From positions 5,890,001 to 5,954,000 of the forward strand of contig CM030332.1 of the NCBI GenBank assembly GCA_017654855.1: a stretch of 64,000 bases of DNA, given 5' to 3'. The notes beneath the pieces were generated by a model. It did no database searches. It saw only the letters and a program-made list of their open reading frames with translations, and was not told where the DNA came from. This document shows positions 12,595 to 25,108 of the stretch, in pieces. Positions within the stretch are counted from its first letter, which is position 1, and each line of letters starts with the position of its first letter. Origin of the DNA: Podospora anserina (lineage: Eukaryota). The position numbers and the translations under genes were made by a program.

Positions 12595-13125
12595 ATGTTC
12601 GACTGCAAACAAATAACTCCCATGTGTCAAGCCATTTCTGAGCAAGCTAATCACGCAACAATCAATTTCACTACCTCACGGATCACCGAGCTGTTTCAGG
12701 ATACTTGTATACAGTTACTTAAAGACACGGTGTCTCAGTTAGTTCCACCCCTACAAGTCTTCATTAAGGCTGTCCTTCGTCAATCACAAGTTAAGGTCTC
12801 GACCGTCCTCTGTGCGCTGGCGTTCGTAAAGCGCTTACGATCCAAACTAACAATATCTCAAATCTATCCATGCTCTCTACATCGGATATTCTTAGCATGT
12901 TTAATCCTCGCGGACAAATGTGTCAACGACAGTTGCTATTCAAACTACGCGTGGTCAGAATTTAGTTGCACACATTGGGATGATCACTGCTTTTCTCTTA
13001 GCATGAAAGATATCGCAATCGCTGAAAGACAACTGTTAGAGATTTTAAGATGGAGGGTTTTAATTGTAGAGAGTGAGATTGAGTCAGAGCTTAGTTGTTT
13101 GTTATATTACAAAGCACAGTGTTAA
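12595..13125 (+). CDS. Pho85 cyclin (Pcl1/Pcl2-like), cyclin box only
   Basis: Cyclin-box motifs LQVFIKAVLRQSQVKVSTVLCALAFVKRLRSKL, HRIFLACLILADKCVNDSCYSNYAW and DIAIAERQLLEILRWRV. Confidence 0.85.
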   Translation: MFDCKQITPMCQAISEQANHATINFTTSRITELFQDTCIQLLKDTVSQLVPPLQVFIKAVLRQSQVKVSTVLCALAFVKRLRSKLTISQIYPCSLHRIFLACLILADKCVNDSCYSNYAWSEFSCTHWDDHCFSLSMKDIAIAERQLLEILRWRVLIVESEIESELSCLLYYKAQC

Positions 13126-13302
13126 TGACAGATGTCAGATAGTTGTATAAACCAGGTGCACCGGCGACGGATTCATTTTAGGTACTATCAGTGGTATGTA
13201 TATAACAAACGGAATCGAGAAAAGAACTCTCAAACGGTATACGATCATTGCTCTTAATTATCTCTTCGATAAGTAAATATACGTTATCTATAGCCCGTTC
13301 CA

Positions 13303-13545
13303 TTAAGCCTTTATATCTCTTTGACTAGTGGGCCGCTTTCTAGTACCTACCTTGCACTTTTTCTTGGCCCAATGCTCGTTTCTTGCCGTCGACTGTGTGA
13401 ATTCCCTACCGCATTCAGGGCAGGTCACCTTCGTTGTTTGTCCCGACTTTTCACGCTGGTGCCGCATGAGGTTGCTAAAGGTAGAAAACGAGCGGCCGTT
13501 GCATCCATGCTCCCAACACTGCGGTGTCCGCGGACTGAGCACTAA
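13303..13545 (-). CDS. Fungal C2H2 zinc-finger module ([23 protein letters not shown] type), probably a gene fragment
   Basis: [51 protein letters not shown]. The upstream frame runs through a 9-bp microsatellite and has no clear ATG. Confidence 0.7.
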   Translation of the reverse strand, partial: LVLSPRTPQCWEHGCNGRSFSTFSNLMRHQREKSGQTTKVTCPECGREFTQSTARNEHWAKKKCKVGTRKRPTSQRDIKA

Positions 13546-13546
13546 G

Positions 13547-13770
13547 ACAAGGGCAACAAGGGCAACAAGGGCAACAAGGGCAACAAGGGCAACAAGGTCA
13601 ATAAAGGCAACAAAAGCAACAAAGGCAACAAAGGCAACAAAGGCAACAAATGCAACAAATGCAACAAATACAACAAATGCAACAAATGCAACAAATGCAA
13701 CAAAGGAAGGCAAGGAAGGCAAGGAAGCCAAGGAAGGCAAGGATGGCAAGGATGGCAAGAATATGGCAAG
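13547..13770. repeat. 9-bp tandem repeat array with graded unit (GGCAACAAG > GGCAACAAA > TGCAACAAA > GGAAGGCAA > GGATGGCAA)
   Basis: Directly visible, roughly two dozen units. Confidence 0.95.
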
Positions 13771-14502
13771 GCGGCAAGGATACCTAGCAAGGATGGATGC
13801 AGCAGGGGTAGAATGTGGGGAGTGTGGGCGTGAACTTATCTCTGGAAATATTTCTGATTCCCAACAGAGGAGCGACAGGCCCGAGGACAGAAGGAGATCG
13901 CCAAATCCGCGAGACACAACAAATTCAGGCACTGAAATCCAAAACCCAATAGATCTAATATTAACCCTGAACTTGTCGACACGAGGCGTAGACCGCTTAA
14001 CATGACAGATATCGGCGATGTCTTGTTTCCAACGACTTCCAACACTCCTCTTCTATTTGTCCCCTCCATTCATTCCAATAATCATCGAATGTTGTTAAAC
14101 TATTAAAATCCTCCTGGTACACCATCCAGCGTGGCAGAACTACGGCTGATGGCCCATGTTCGCGAGAAAGCCACCTTTCCGCTATAGTCTCGGGCATATG
14201 TTGCGGCAGGGTCGCTGGGTTGTCACGGTACAACTCCACAACGGTGGCGTCTTGGAAGAGAATCACAACATCCTCATCTGGCAGCCGGCTCCTCTTTTTT
14301 AAATTGTTCATTGTTAATTAAAAATCAAAAATCAACCGGTAATAATTATTATACATTAGCAGCATCTAGTCAAAATTCTTTAAAAATGTCGGTCTCGGGC
14401 ATGTCATTGTGGCTGAACAAGAACACAAAGTCGGACTTGGGATCGCGCAACAGAAAGTCCACGACGGCGCGAAGATGCTTTGTGAAATGCTCGACCAGGG
14501 TG

Positions 14503-14640
14503 CGTTGCTTTCTTGACCTTGTTTGTGGCTTTCTCGTTTGTTGCTTTCTTGACCTCGTTGGTTGCTTTCTTGACCTCGTTGGTTGCTTTCTTGACCTCGT
14601 TGGTTGCGTTCTTGACCTCGTTTGTCGCGTTCTCGTTTGT
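14503..14640. repeat. 21-bp tandem repeat (TTGCTTTCTTGACCTCGTTGG), encoding TRSRKQP on the minus strand
   Basis: About 6 degenerate units inside ORF 14370-14723(-). Confidence 0.9.
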
Positions 14641-14873
14641 GTCGTCATGATTTCAGCCCGGTTAGCTTGAGATTGGTAATAGACAAGGGAGTAGGTAACA
14701 ACTTTTGCGGCGAAGTGTTGCAAAGTTAAGGTTTGTATAAGAATTGGATAGCATTGGCGGCTAGGCGTTGCTTCCCGATCCGTCTCGGTCTATAGCCTTG
14801 TCGTTCGGTGAGTCTCCGCAGGTCCTTATGGCTGAGCCATCCTGTTCCTGCAAGAGACCTCGACTTGTCTCTG

Positions 14874-16603
14874 CTATACCTCGCACTGTGCACCCAACTG
14901 TGACACGATACGTGGACAGCCCGAGGCTTCCAGCCACTCGGATACCATGTCAACCCAACGAGTTCCAAGGTTTGTGAAACAGAACCTCTGCTCAAGGCCT
15001 TGACTCGTCAACTCGGCCCAGATCTGTCTAGCTCGCTCGAGGGAAGGACCTGACTGAACGGCGACGGAGGATAATTGCACCTGGGCCATAGCTAAGTGAC
15101 ATATCAGATCGGGGAAGCCCTCGGCAACAACCAAGCACTCCCGAGATGCTCGGTACGCAAGCTCCCAGCCGCTTAGGGTACCCAAAGCACCGAACAAACC
15201 TTGGCCCCTTCGCTGCAGGTGGCCTATAACGGCAAGGCCGAAGCATGCGCGAAAGAAGTTCCTTCTCATTGTTTTCCCAGACGGCACCCCCCCCAGCCCC
15301 TCGTATTCACTAACAATTTCCGTAAAAAGACCCTTCGAGGGCGGTAGATCCTCCTCGAACCCGCAGAGGACTCGGGAAAGGAGCAGCTCCGCCTGTGCCA
15401 GCCGGTAAAGGCGGCGCTGCCGCCCACTTGCAACCTCGATACTATCCGCCACGGTTTGTGCTTTCTCCCAAAGACCAAGCTCGGTATATACGGCGATGAG
15501 GTGTAGGCGAGCCAAAAACTGTACCCGAGTAGGAGGGTATTGGGTCGAGAGAGGTTCGAGGTATTGACGAGCCGCCCCAAAATTCCCTTGAAAACGATGC
15601 AGTTTGCCTTTCATTAAGTCTAAGCGCGAAGACATAACAGTCTCAAGACTCGAAGGCTGGGCTGCATGAAATGGTGTCCACTGACCGACTAGTTTCCAGG
15701 CCTCAGATACGTGGCCGAGTTCAATACACTGCTGGGCGCGGAAAAGTACCGCCTCTGCTCGCTGACTATTTCCCTTTCGGTCCAGCCCAAGGGACGGCCA
15801 AACGGATACCATTTGCCCATTAGCTAGCGCTAAGGTAGCTTTGCGGAGAGCGATACTGAAATCAAGGGGCGACGGCCCTATTCGGCCCGCCAGGGTTTCC
15901 GCCACTGCCAGTACATGCTCCTTAAAGTCATGGTCCCCGAAATGCGACATAGAGATGCACACTTCAATCGTGCTGGGGAGCTCCCCCGGTAGCAGCTTAT
16001 CCACGGGAAACTTTTGTAAGAGAGGGACTACGGAAGGGAGGAGCGCGTTTCCTTTCTCGACAAATCTAGAGGATCAATACCGAGTTTGTTGCAATGATGG
16101 AGAATGGGGTCTTACCTGACGTCGAGATCAGAGATGGGAAACCCATGAAAAACAAGTCTCGCCGAATCCAACTGCCCACTCAAACAGTCAACGCTGTTTT
16201 GGATAAATGTCCGTGAGGATTCTGGCAGTTCGAAATTACGGTGTGCCCACCATGGGTCCCCATGGGGCACTGATGATCCAATCGTCACACGCACAGCATG
16301 GGTGTCGATCGCATCCATCACTGCCTTGACCAGTCGGCCTTCGTCGGAGAAAATATCGGGAAGCTGGAATGGCCGTTCCCGTGATTCGTTTCCGTTTTCG
16401 TTCCATTTTCGAAAGGGGAAAAGGGCTCGACGGAAAAGGTCACCGGGCACAGGTCCAGGCTCCAGATATGCGAGTAGTCGCAGAAACCGCTGGCAATCAT
16501 CAGAGAATGCAGGGCATCCTCTCGTATGTCGCCCTAGCGATGATATGGTTTGGTATAGCTTACCGCAGTAGCAGCGCCGCTCGTGATCGGTGGAAGCTTG
16601 CAT
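14874..16603 (-). CDS. Two-exon helical-repeat (TPR-like) protein with N-terminal Cys/His finger-like motif
   Basis: ORFs 16112-16762 and 14874-16004 are joined by intron GTAAG(16115)...TAG(~16066). CYCGKLYQTISSLGRHTRGC lies near the ATG at 16603. A paralogue is at 2897-4408. Confidence 0.75.
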
Positions 16604-17887
16604 CGTGGTCCTCGGAATTTCGTGGACTGTTGGTCTTGCGAGTTGGTGCGGGGTTTGTCTTTGACGATATGCATCTAACAGTGTTGGACAGTTAAGTGGG
16701 TACAACGGAAATACCCGGTCTGGTCCTCCAGCTTCTGCGTGTACTCCGAGTAGCGAGTTCACGATTGATTAGCAGCTAGCGGTTAGTAACTGGAATTTGT
16801 TGTGGAATTTGTCGATGGCTAAAGCTTGACTTGGTTTTCTTGGATTGCTGACACAGTCCCCCTGACCCAGAGAAGCCCAATGGGTGACCTCGCTTCCATA
16901 GTGCCCTCGGTCTTTCTCATCGCTGCCTGTGTTCCTGGTCAGCAAGAATCAACTGGAAGCGCTCAGTCGATGCCAGATGTAGCACTCTTCGTTCTGGCTA
17001 AGCATGGGTTCACGGTTGATGCTGGCGCCCAGTACCCTGGCAAGCATGCGTCAGTGATGGCGGCGACGATAGCGGCGACCATAGGGCCAGGTATACTAAC
17101 CTCTTGTGAATCGCCCCAATGTAACCGCCCATCAACGCAAAAATCCCGCTCTCGCGTAGAAAAGCCCATTGAGGCCGCGACCAGGCAGACGTTGGAAATA
17201 TCGAAGTATACTGTGTAGAACTAGATCGCTCGATTTTACCTGCCCATTTCAGCAGCCGAGCAGGATCATGCCTTTCCATGAAGCGTAACACGGCTCGTTT
17301 GCCCGCGCTGCTAGTGCATTGGTCTCCCCAATTTGGGCCCTTGGAAGTTGGTCGGCCAAGCGCTAATGCGGCTGATGCAAGAGTGGAGCAGGGTGCGAGC
17401 CTGAAATCCACTCTCGCAGCAGGCCAGGTACCCTGGATGGAGGGATCGAGAGAGATTGAAACTTAGAAGCGCTTGGTCATGACAGCTGGTGGTCTTCGTT
17501 TGACGTCAGCATGGTCCAGGCAGTAAGTTGGCCGGGCAAGCGGCCGCAGTGGACTGAGGACAATTCGATATTTCGCTAATACACGAGAGTCAAAACACCA
17601 GAGCCTCAAGGTGGATATATAGCCAAACAACAGGTTGTTGGTCGCACGGACTACAGAGACGGATGGGAGGAGTCTCAACATGGCAACTCGAGCGCGGCAA
17701 ACTCGTGGGAAACCAGTGATGAGACGCACTGGGTCGAGCTTAGCAAACAACACTCCCATCAGCGAGTCGTCTCCGGGATACATTGGGAATTCAATGCGAA
17801 GCCAGGGTTCTATCCGATATTTTCTCGATCTCATACGCATTACAATACAATACGCTCCTTGAAACCTGGCGCTACTTCCCCTCCCTC

Positions 17888-18203
17888 ATCTTGTGTCCCA
17901 GCCACAGCACACGCCCCTTGCGCTCTTCTGCCATGGAAGCTACTTCAAAATACTTTTCGTCATCGTCGATCTTCTCGTTCGAGAAACAATCGCTGGGAGA
18001 CACTCTGTCCGCCCAAACAAGTCCCCGCATGGCATAATCCTCCGGCAATGATCTCTGGGACTCGGATTTGGGCAGAGCGCTTCCTTCAACACGATTATAG
18101 TTCTTGATGCAGCTGTTCAGTCCTCGTCTGTTGCAGCCCGTAATAGAATTACAGACAAGTGTTACACGAAGTATCTTTTAATTTCACGCGCTGTGGTCTA
18201 CAT
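17888..18203 (-). pseudogene. Internally deleted relic of the Est1-like locus (59847-60067 fused to 62033-62132)
   Basis: Direct-orientation similarity to both segments, with the junction at the shared TCTTG. Confidence 0.9.
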
Positions 18204-18689
18204 GGGGAAAGTCGGTACTCCCGAAATCGCGCAAAACGCTGCATTTTCAGCTCCCTTAAAGGCTTCTGTTTTTAATATTGAGCTCCAGTTTCTTAAGGGA
18301 GCTTATACTCTTGACTATAGCGTGCATAGAAATGAAGCAACCAAATTCTCTGCAGAAGATAAATAGATAAGATTGCGGACTATCTTACACCCTTATCTCG
18401 GGCTTCGCTGCTACGGGCATTGACCTGGAGAACCTCACTCTCAAAGAACCACAATTATGCTCGGACCTAGGACTTTATCTCCCCCTAAGCCTAACCTCCA
18501 CCCCTTTCTGCCTCAAAACCAACTATTCACCGTCTCCCACTCCCTCTCCTTATATTATCCCAAAAAGCAGCGCGGAGATTGTTGATTTTGTGATTTCTGA
18601 CGGGACCCTTGTTTCCCTTTGATCCGCCAAAAGCCAAAATCTGCGGGTTCGGATCTAGGCTCTCAGTGCGGATTCTGCCATTCTTCGCT

Positions 18690-19080
18690 CCTGTCTGCAA
18701 GGTTGCCTTTGACGCCCACGCTGCTCGCAATGAATACAGAAGGAATCCCCTGATCACCGCCATCGCCGAGAGGGTCTCAGAGAAAGCACTGGAAATGATT
18801 CACAACCAGAGCCTCTGGGCCAGGGAGAATCTGGTGGGAGTTGCGGACTTCCTCCAAGGAGTGTGTACAAAGAGGCTGCGCTGGCAATGGGGCCTTCCCT
18901 GCGCCCATGAACTGGCAAGGAGGATGACTTTCGAGTATGACGAAGCAGAGGGTCGGAGGGTTTTGAGGGTGACCCAACCGTTACAACTCAGTGATATCGA
19001 TCCACAGTGGCACTTGCAGGAGGGAGCGCGTAAGCTATATTCGGGATCCTATGATCGAATCCTCGAAGAAAGGAAGAATA
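18690..19080 (+). mobile_element. Mutator-like (MULE) transposase C-terminal relic
   Basis: SWIM-like C-x8-GLPCAH followed by L.LSDIDPQWHL, typical of fungal MULE transposase tails. No DDE core or TIRs seen. Confidence 0.6.
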
Positions 19081-21619
19081 CCAAACCTATAGAAATCGCA
19101 CCTCCCCGGTCACAAGCCGGACCCTCTGTTCCCCGAAGACCTCAGGGGTCTCAGGGGCAAATGCCGGAAGCCTCATAACTGCGCCTATTACCGGCAACCG
19201 GTGCCGTACCTCCTCAAGGCGTCCGCATACCACCACCTATCGTGCCGCCTCGGAGCGTTAACGCCGATCTAATAGGCGTACGGCCAGTGCTACCAGAGCT
19301 GTATGACCCCTATCTGGATGCCCATGTACACCCCCCCAGGGATCCTATCCAACAGACCCTGCCCCAGTACACAGGCACGCAACAGAGGGATATCAGTGCC
19401 TCTTCAGTGCGCCATAGCCAATATGACCATCAGGCCTCACAGCGCATCCCATCACCGTTTGAGGAGGGTAGACTGCCCAGGGGTTATGGGGGGGCTGCTG
19501 CCTTTGCAGGGCCTTCGAACCGCTCCCCCCTGATTTCTAATTCACCCAGGGGTTAATTGCCCAGGCGCGTGGGCCAGACGAAGGTTAGGATTCCAGGCGT
19601 GTGGGCAGATAGATTTGATACAAGAGACTGTTTTGACCAACCCACCAGCAATTTCATCATGAGTGCAAAAGACGGCTTCAATTTTCATCAAGTTTGACGA
19701 ATTCCCCGCAAACTGTGGGGAATATGACAGCCAACGCTGGTTGCATGGGTCTTACTTTTTGCCTGTGGTTTGTGGGAAATCTGGTGCATGTGGGATTTAC
19801 TGACATATCTGCTTCATGTGGCTAGCGTCGTTTTCAACAGGAGACTACGTCGTTTTCTCTAGCCCGGCTCATGCCTGGCGCCCCGAATCCATGTGTCAAA
19901 TCGTATATTGTGGGGCACCAGACAAAGGGCCCAGGTCTTGCTAGACCCACACCGGTTTGCTCTGGCCGTCATAGTCTCCAGCACTAGTCTATTCGCTGTC
20001 GACCATGACATCGCCATTATTAGTTTTATTCAAGTGTTGCATTATTTACTAGTCGAAAGAAGCTTTGGGAAGAGGAAAAGCTGAATAGCTTGGAAGCTTA
20101 AAATAGCTTAAGCTATCGAGGAAAGCCTTCAAGAAGATCTTATTTATGGCTGGCGTACCATGGTTTATCACGTGCAAGAGGAAACAGAAACGGCGATGTA
20201 CAACTCAGCTATTACAATAATAAGCCTGCTCTTAAGCCAAACGAAATTATTACTCAGGCTTTAATTTCGTTTGCAATGGCATTATTCAGGCAATCGAACA
20301 AGGGCTAGTATTAATAGTGTTGGATAACGGAATACGCAAAGGCCCATTTACTGCGGGAGATTGGGATAAAGCCCTGTCTTACTCCAATATTTTCTATAAC
20401 GATGTTATGTTCGTTACTTCCTTGGTTGGGAACTTGGTTAAGACTCTTTCATCCATTCGAACAAGGCAGTCCCCGTATTTTGTCACGCAGAGAGGGAACT
20501 TCTATGGCCTCTAGTCTAGTCGATTCTTTCACCGTGTGCAGCTGGAGTATTTTCCAGCTCCCGATTTCCTGAGGCCAAAGACTGGACCAGAGCAGCTTCT
20601 CGAATCCGTAGATGCTAGGCAGCCAAGGTAATCGGGCATTGCAGGCTTGGCAGTTGGGCTGGTTTGGTAGTCATTAGAATAGCTGAATAGGCCTCCTCTG
20701 TACAGATAGCTTTTTTTGCTGGTATATTACACCAGCAATGCTGAGCTGATCATAATTTAGCCATAAATTGCTTCATTGTATCGAGGACGAGTGGAGTTTC
20801 TGACTCATTCTTCCAGAAGTACCTGTAGATCATCTGATGTAACTCTCTGCGCTAAAGAACCCGTGGTCTGTGCGCAGAAGAAAATCCAAGCCCAGAAGGC
20901 CGGAAGCCGATTTCGAACGCGACTGTACCTCAGTCCTTGTCACACTGCCATTAAAAGTGGGTAACGGTGGCAAAGTTGAAACGAGAGCAATATCTGGCTT
21001 CCTGATGTAGCACCGGATTCGACCTGGATGGCTGGCTCTGCGCAATACAATAGCTTGGATCTACGTATCACCTTTAGGATCGGCGTTATCCTCAGTATTT
21101 TTCAAAATGAGTAACGGGAACCGAGCTGTGACCAGATTACCTAAGCAGATAAGAGTGAAAAGGGCTAGGGGTTATCGAGTAGTACAAGAGAAGTCGCTTA
21201 GAACGCCAAAACGATGCCAAACAAAACCTGCACCCGACCCAGCGCTCGAGCCTACAGATGTCATTCACGATTGGGTATCGTCTATGTCTATATAAGACAA
21301 ATTCTTCAATAAAAGCCAGCCGCAGACGCTAGAGGAGATGCAAAGTCAAGCCGTGAGAGATAAACGTGGAAAGGTTGAGCTTGTGATAGTTCCACAGTAT
21401 ACAATACAAGCGTTAATCATTAAGCGCATGGTAACTACATCGAGACGAGTCTATTATTGTGCACTTCTTAACTCCACCGAACCATAAGTCTAGAAGTTAC
21501 CTTCAACCACTTATCCCTTTCGGAGGTTCTGGATAAGGGTTCGTCACACTTATATACCTTAACCTACCTATATATCTACCTACTTCAACAGTATCTTCAC
21601 ACTGCTAAGCGTGTTCATA

Positions 21620-22099
21620 CTATAAAGCTAGTTCTATAACTGCAATAGCAACCCAAAGAATAGCGCAAACTAGACTGCCAATAGAGTCAGGAAGCGCCAT
21701 CCCTTTTTCTACATATATAGCTTCAGAATCAGCTAGCACAAATGCTATTTCCCCTATAAATATCATAGAAGCAGCGAACACGACAAAAAATAGTAGCCCC
21801 AGCACGCTTAGCGCTAGCGTAAAGACTCCCATAAGCGGAAGGACGAACTTCAAAGCAAATGTAAAGAAAGATACTAAAGTTAAAGATAACCCGAACAGAA
21901 GGACGACTTCTAAGGAAGGCATTCTAACGCAGGACGACTGCCCGCTCAGTTCGACGCAGACATATTTTGTTCCGACAGAACAACCGGTGGGCAGTACTTC
22001 GCCGATTCTTTTGGTAGCATCGTCGATCACACTCGAGACAGCAGCCGTCGCTCGGCTAGCGGCGCCGTTCACTATGGTTGGAATTGCGCTTTTAAGCAC
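21620..22099 (-). CDS. Hypothetical membrane protein (last exon)
   Basis: LPTGCSVGTKYVCV motif followed by 3-4 hydrophobic helices; 5' exon(s) uncertain. Confidence 0.45.
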   Translation of the reverse strand: MLKSAIPTIVNGAASRATAAVSSVIDDATKRIGEVLPTGCSVGTKYVCVELSGQSSCVRMPSLEVVLLFGLSLTLVSFFTFALKFVLPLMGVFTLALSVLGLLFFVVFAASMIFIGEIAFVLADSEAIYVEKGMALPDSIGSLVCAILWVAIAVIELAL

Positions 22100-22846
22100 C
22101 GTAACCGGCCCCGCGGCGCCAGCCGCACTCTTGATTGCGGCGGCTTGGGATGTGATCCCTTGGAAAGGCGCTGGGAGGTCGCGTCGGAGAAGACCCAGGT
22201 TTAACTGCTTGCCATCAGCGCCTCATAACATACAGTCGGGACCTGCCTCCTTACCGAAACCCGAACTACCCCTTCCTTCTCGCTGCCTTTATTGGCCAAG
22301 ATGTGAACGGAAAAGTAGAGGAGCAGCGCGACCGTAGCTAGGCGCAAGAGCACAAAGAAGAGCGTGGTCTTTGATAACATAATGACGCGTGGGTGGGGCA
22401 GAAAGAAAGATAGAGCCGAGCCACCTTATAATCCGGTCTCTCGAAGCCGATTCTGGCGCCTTCGCTCTTAATTCTTGATAACGTCGAAGTTATTATTTCG
22501 AAGAAAGGTCGGAAACCTTGCTAAAATTCCTGCAACGGATGTGGAAATCGGGGCACACATTCGCGACACGTTACCAATACGAAAATATTGCTATCCTTAT
22601 TAAGAAATGTGAGCTAGGCTTGACGGTTCCAAATAAAGAATAAACAATAATCTATTAACTAGTCAATATATAAAAACATAATATTTCCCAAGCTAGCTAT
22701 TACTTGTTATCCCATCACTCAGCCCACGTTGCCCTCTCCAGAAAGGATTCATTTCTGGCTCCAGATTCTGTCTCGGCACATATATGGGGGGATCAGGCCA
22801 TATATACGAAATTCGCGTAGCAACCAACTATTCTACAACATAAACT

Positions 22847-23323
22847 ATGTTAGCATCGCACCGTCTTTCCTCTCTAGGTTTCGCTAACAATCTTAGGTTT
22901 ACCGATTCTCAAAGCGACAAAAGCCATAACGGGGAAGCAAATGCCCATGAGATGCCATCGAGTTCCTCTCAAATTCAGGAGGAATTACGAAAAGCCCGCC
23001 TCGAGATTACAAGACTGTCTATCCTTTTATCAAGTTACCAGGAGAGACTAGATGAGCAGTCAGTTGACAAGGAAATGCTGGAGATAAACCTTGACCAGCA
23101 CAAAGAGGACCTTGTCACCAAGCTCAGGGAGCTCGATAACAAACAATACGTTATCGCGGCGCAAGGCTTTCTTTTGAACTGCGCTAGGGAGGAGGTTCAG
23201 GGTTTGTTTGCTGCGAACTCTGAAAAGGATCAAACAATATCAGATCTTCGCGTCCAAATACAGCGCGAGAGTACGACGAACGAAGGCTCTACTGGCGGTA
23301 AGAAAAGGAAGATTGCTCCCTAG
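22847..23323 (+). CDS. Hypothetical coiled-coil protein with C-terminal NLS-like KKRK
   Basis: Heptad-rich E/L/Q sequence ending GGKKRKIAP. Confidence 0.5.
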   Translation: MLASHRLSSLGFANNLRFTDSQSDKSHNGEANAHEMPSSSSQIQEELRKARLEITRLSILLSSYQERLDEQSVDKEMLEINLDQHKEDLVTKLRELDNKQYVIAAQGFLLNCAREEVQGLFAANSEKDQTISDLRVQIQRESTTNEGSTGGKKRKIAP

Positions 23324-24288
23324 CGGCGTCTGTAACCGGGCTTAGTTATATACTGAGATATCCCAAATGGAAATCCCGCGTCAATTCACGACGCAAGTTT
23401 ATAGTACTCGCTCTAGCTTAAGACAATTTGCGGCAAGCGGTTTACTACTTCTGAAGCATATATCCAAGAGCGACTAGTGGACTTTGACTGATCACCTGAT
23501 AGGTTTTTGAGGTGTAAATCTACATGAAAAGGAAAAAAAAAACAAAGATACTGTCTAGTAGTAGATATCTAGGGTATAAAATTTGCTATCCCGGTAAGCG
23601 ATCTCTGTAGTAGTTGTTTCCATATTCCGATTAATGGCGACGCGGCGATAAACGTAACGAGACTGACTTCGACGGGTCCTCGTGACAAGCTGGAAATGTC
23701 AGTTTACCCTACCTAGGCATATCATCACCATCTGCCTGAGCCCCTGAGCCGAGAGGCCTACAGGCATGATCTGGCATGCCCACCAATCCCGACTATCACT
23801 TGCAGGACCGGACGACTGAATACCATGTCGAGGTTCCCGATCCGGTGTGTCACTCTGGTCGGGCAAACGAGTGTGGATCGGGTAGCGTGTCGAGCAACTT
23901 CCAACGACCAAGCAGGTTGGCAACCCCCTTTGGGTTCCGCACTCCTGTGACAATGGGCTCGCGGCTTCTCTCTGGGCCTGTAATTGCCCGGCCCCCTACT
24001 TATGACCACTCAGGGTCGCCAACAACACACTTTTCGCCTGATCACACGCCTTGTTTCATGGGGTGGGAGTGGACTCCTGGAGCTCCTCAGAGACGAAGGG
24101 AGGAGGTCGTTAGGTCACCAGATCCGAGAAGTGAGTGTGCTCCTCTCTCTTCAGAGGGGAATGGATGGTTCTGGGGAAAAGGCAGGATTACATTGTTCAC
24201 CGAACGATGTTTACTCTGGCTTGTAAGGGAATTTTTTTTGTACGCATTTGTTCACTGGTCTGTGGTGATCAAATGCGAAGGGAGGTTT

Positions 24289-24435
24289 GTTTGGGGTGCG
24301 GCCACAGGCCTGAGGGTATGAGTAAGGAAGTGGGGATTCGGGGAGGTCAGGGATCATGTATATAGCGGTTTGCTTCTGACATTCTATTTTAGAGGGGACA
24401 TCGACTTTTATTTTCTTCGTATTTTGTGCCTTGCA
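24289..24435 (-). repeat. Partner of 8696-8843 inverted repeat
   Basis: Reverse-complement match. Confidence 0.93.
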
Positions 24436-25108
24436 GGCAATTTTGATTTTCTCAGTTTCCTCACTAATTTCCTCACTGATCTCATCCCGATTGTTTCTTC
24501 TCTAGGTTTGACCGCCACCTGCAATGCACCCTCCGAATTGCCACCCAAACCCACACCCATATTGCTGCCTTGGCCAAAGCCACCTGTGTGGTCGCTGTAA
24601 AGAGGTAACCCTTGCCTCCTCCTCTCCCACAACCATATTCTCCATTGCCAGCCTGATCGCCCCCCCAACACACGACCCAAGTCCATGCAACCAGTGAATT
24701 TTTAAAAACACCTGAGTCTTTGAACCGTGGTAGATACGTCTTTAGGCGAGTAGTCCTGATCTCCAGCATAAGTGGTTGGGCAATGGGTCGCTACGTAAGC
24801 TGTGCATTATTCTATTTACTTAGCAGCGAAACGGCTGGCAAACGCAAGCCATTTTTGGCGTTGCACTGTACTTTTGTGTTTTTCTAAGTAGAGCTGGTCC
24901 GTGCCCAAACATTCCAGAGAGTGCACCGGTTTTGCTCTTAGCTGTAAAAGAACGCCACAATATCCTATGGATTTATACGGAGGTCCGTGGTTCGCTTAAA
25001 ACCATAAGCATAGGCCTGGAGCGGTGTGACCCAAATTTCACGTTCTCTCTATCGCGTTGTTCTGTTGGTTATTTCCCGTCCACCCGATCACCTGAACACT
25101 AAACCAGA

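Noticed and set aside
13547-14640. Tandem repeats as CRISPR-like arrays
   Set aside because: No unique spacers, eukaryotic context, no cas genes; the same applies to the arrays at 44310 and 56102
19561-19720. CCAGGCG.GTGGGC direct repeat and ATTCCCC..GGGGAAT hairpin as a MULE terminus
   Set aside because: Too short, and no partner TIR seen
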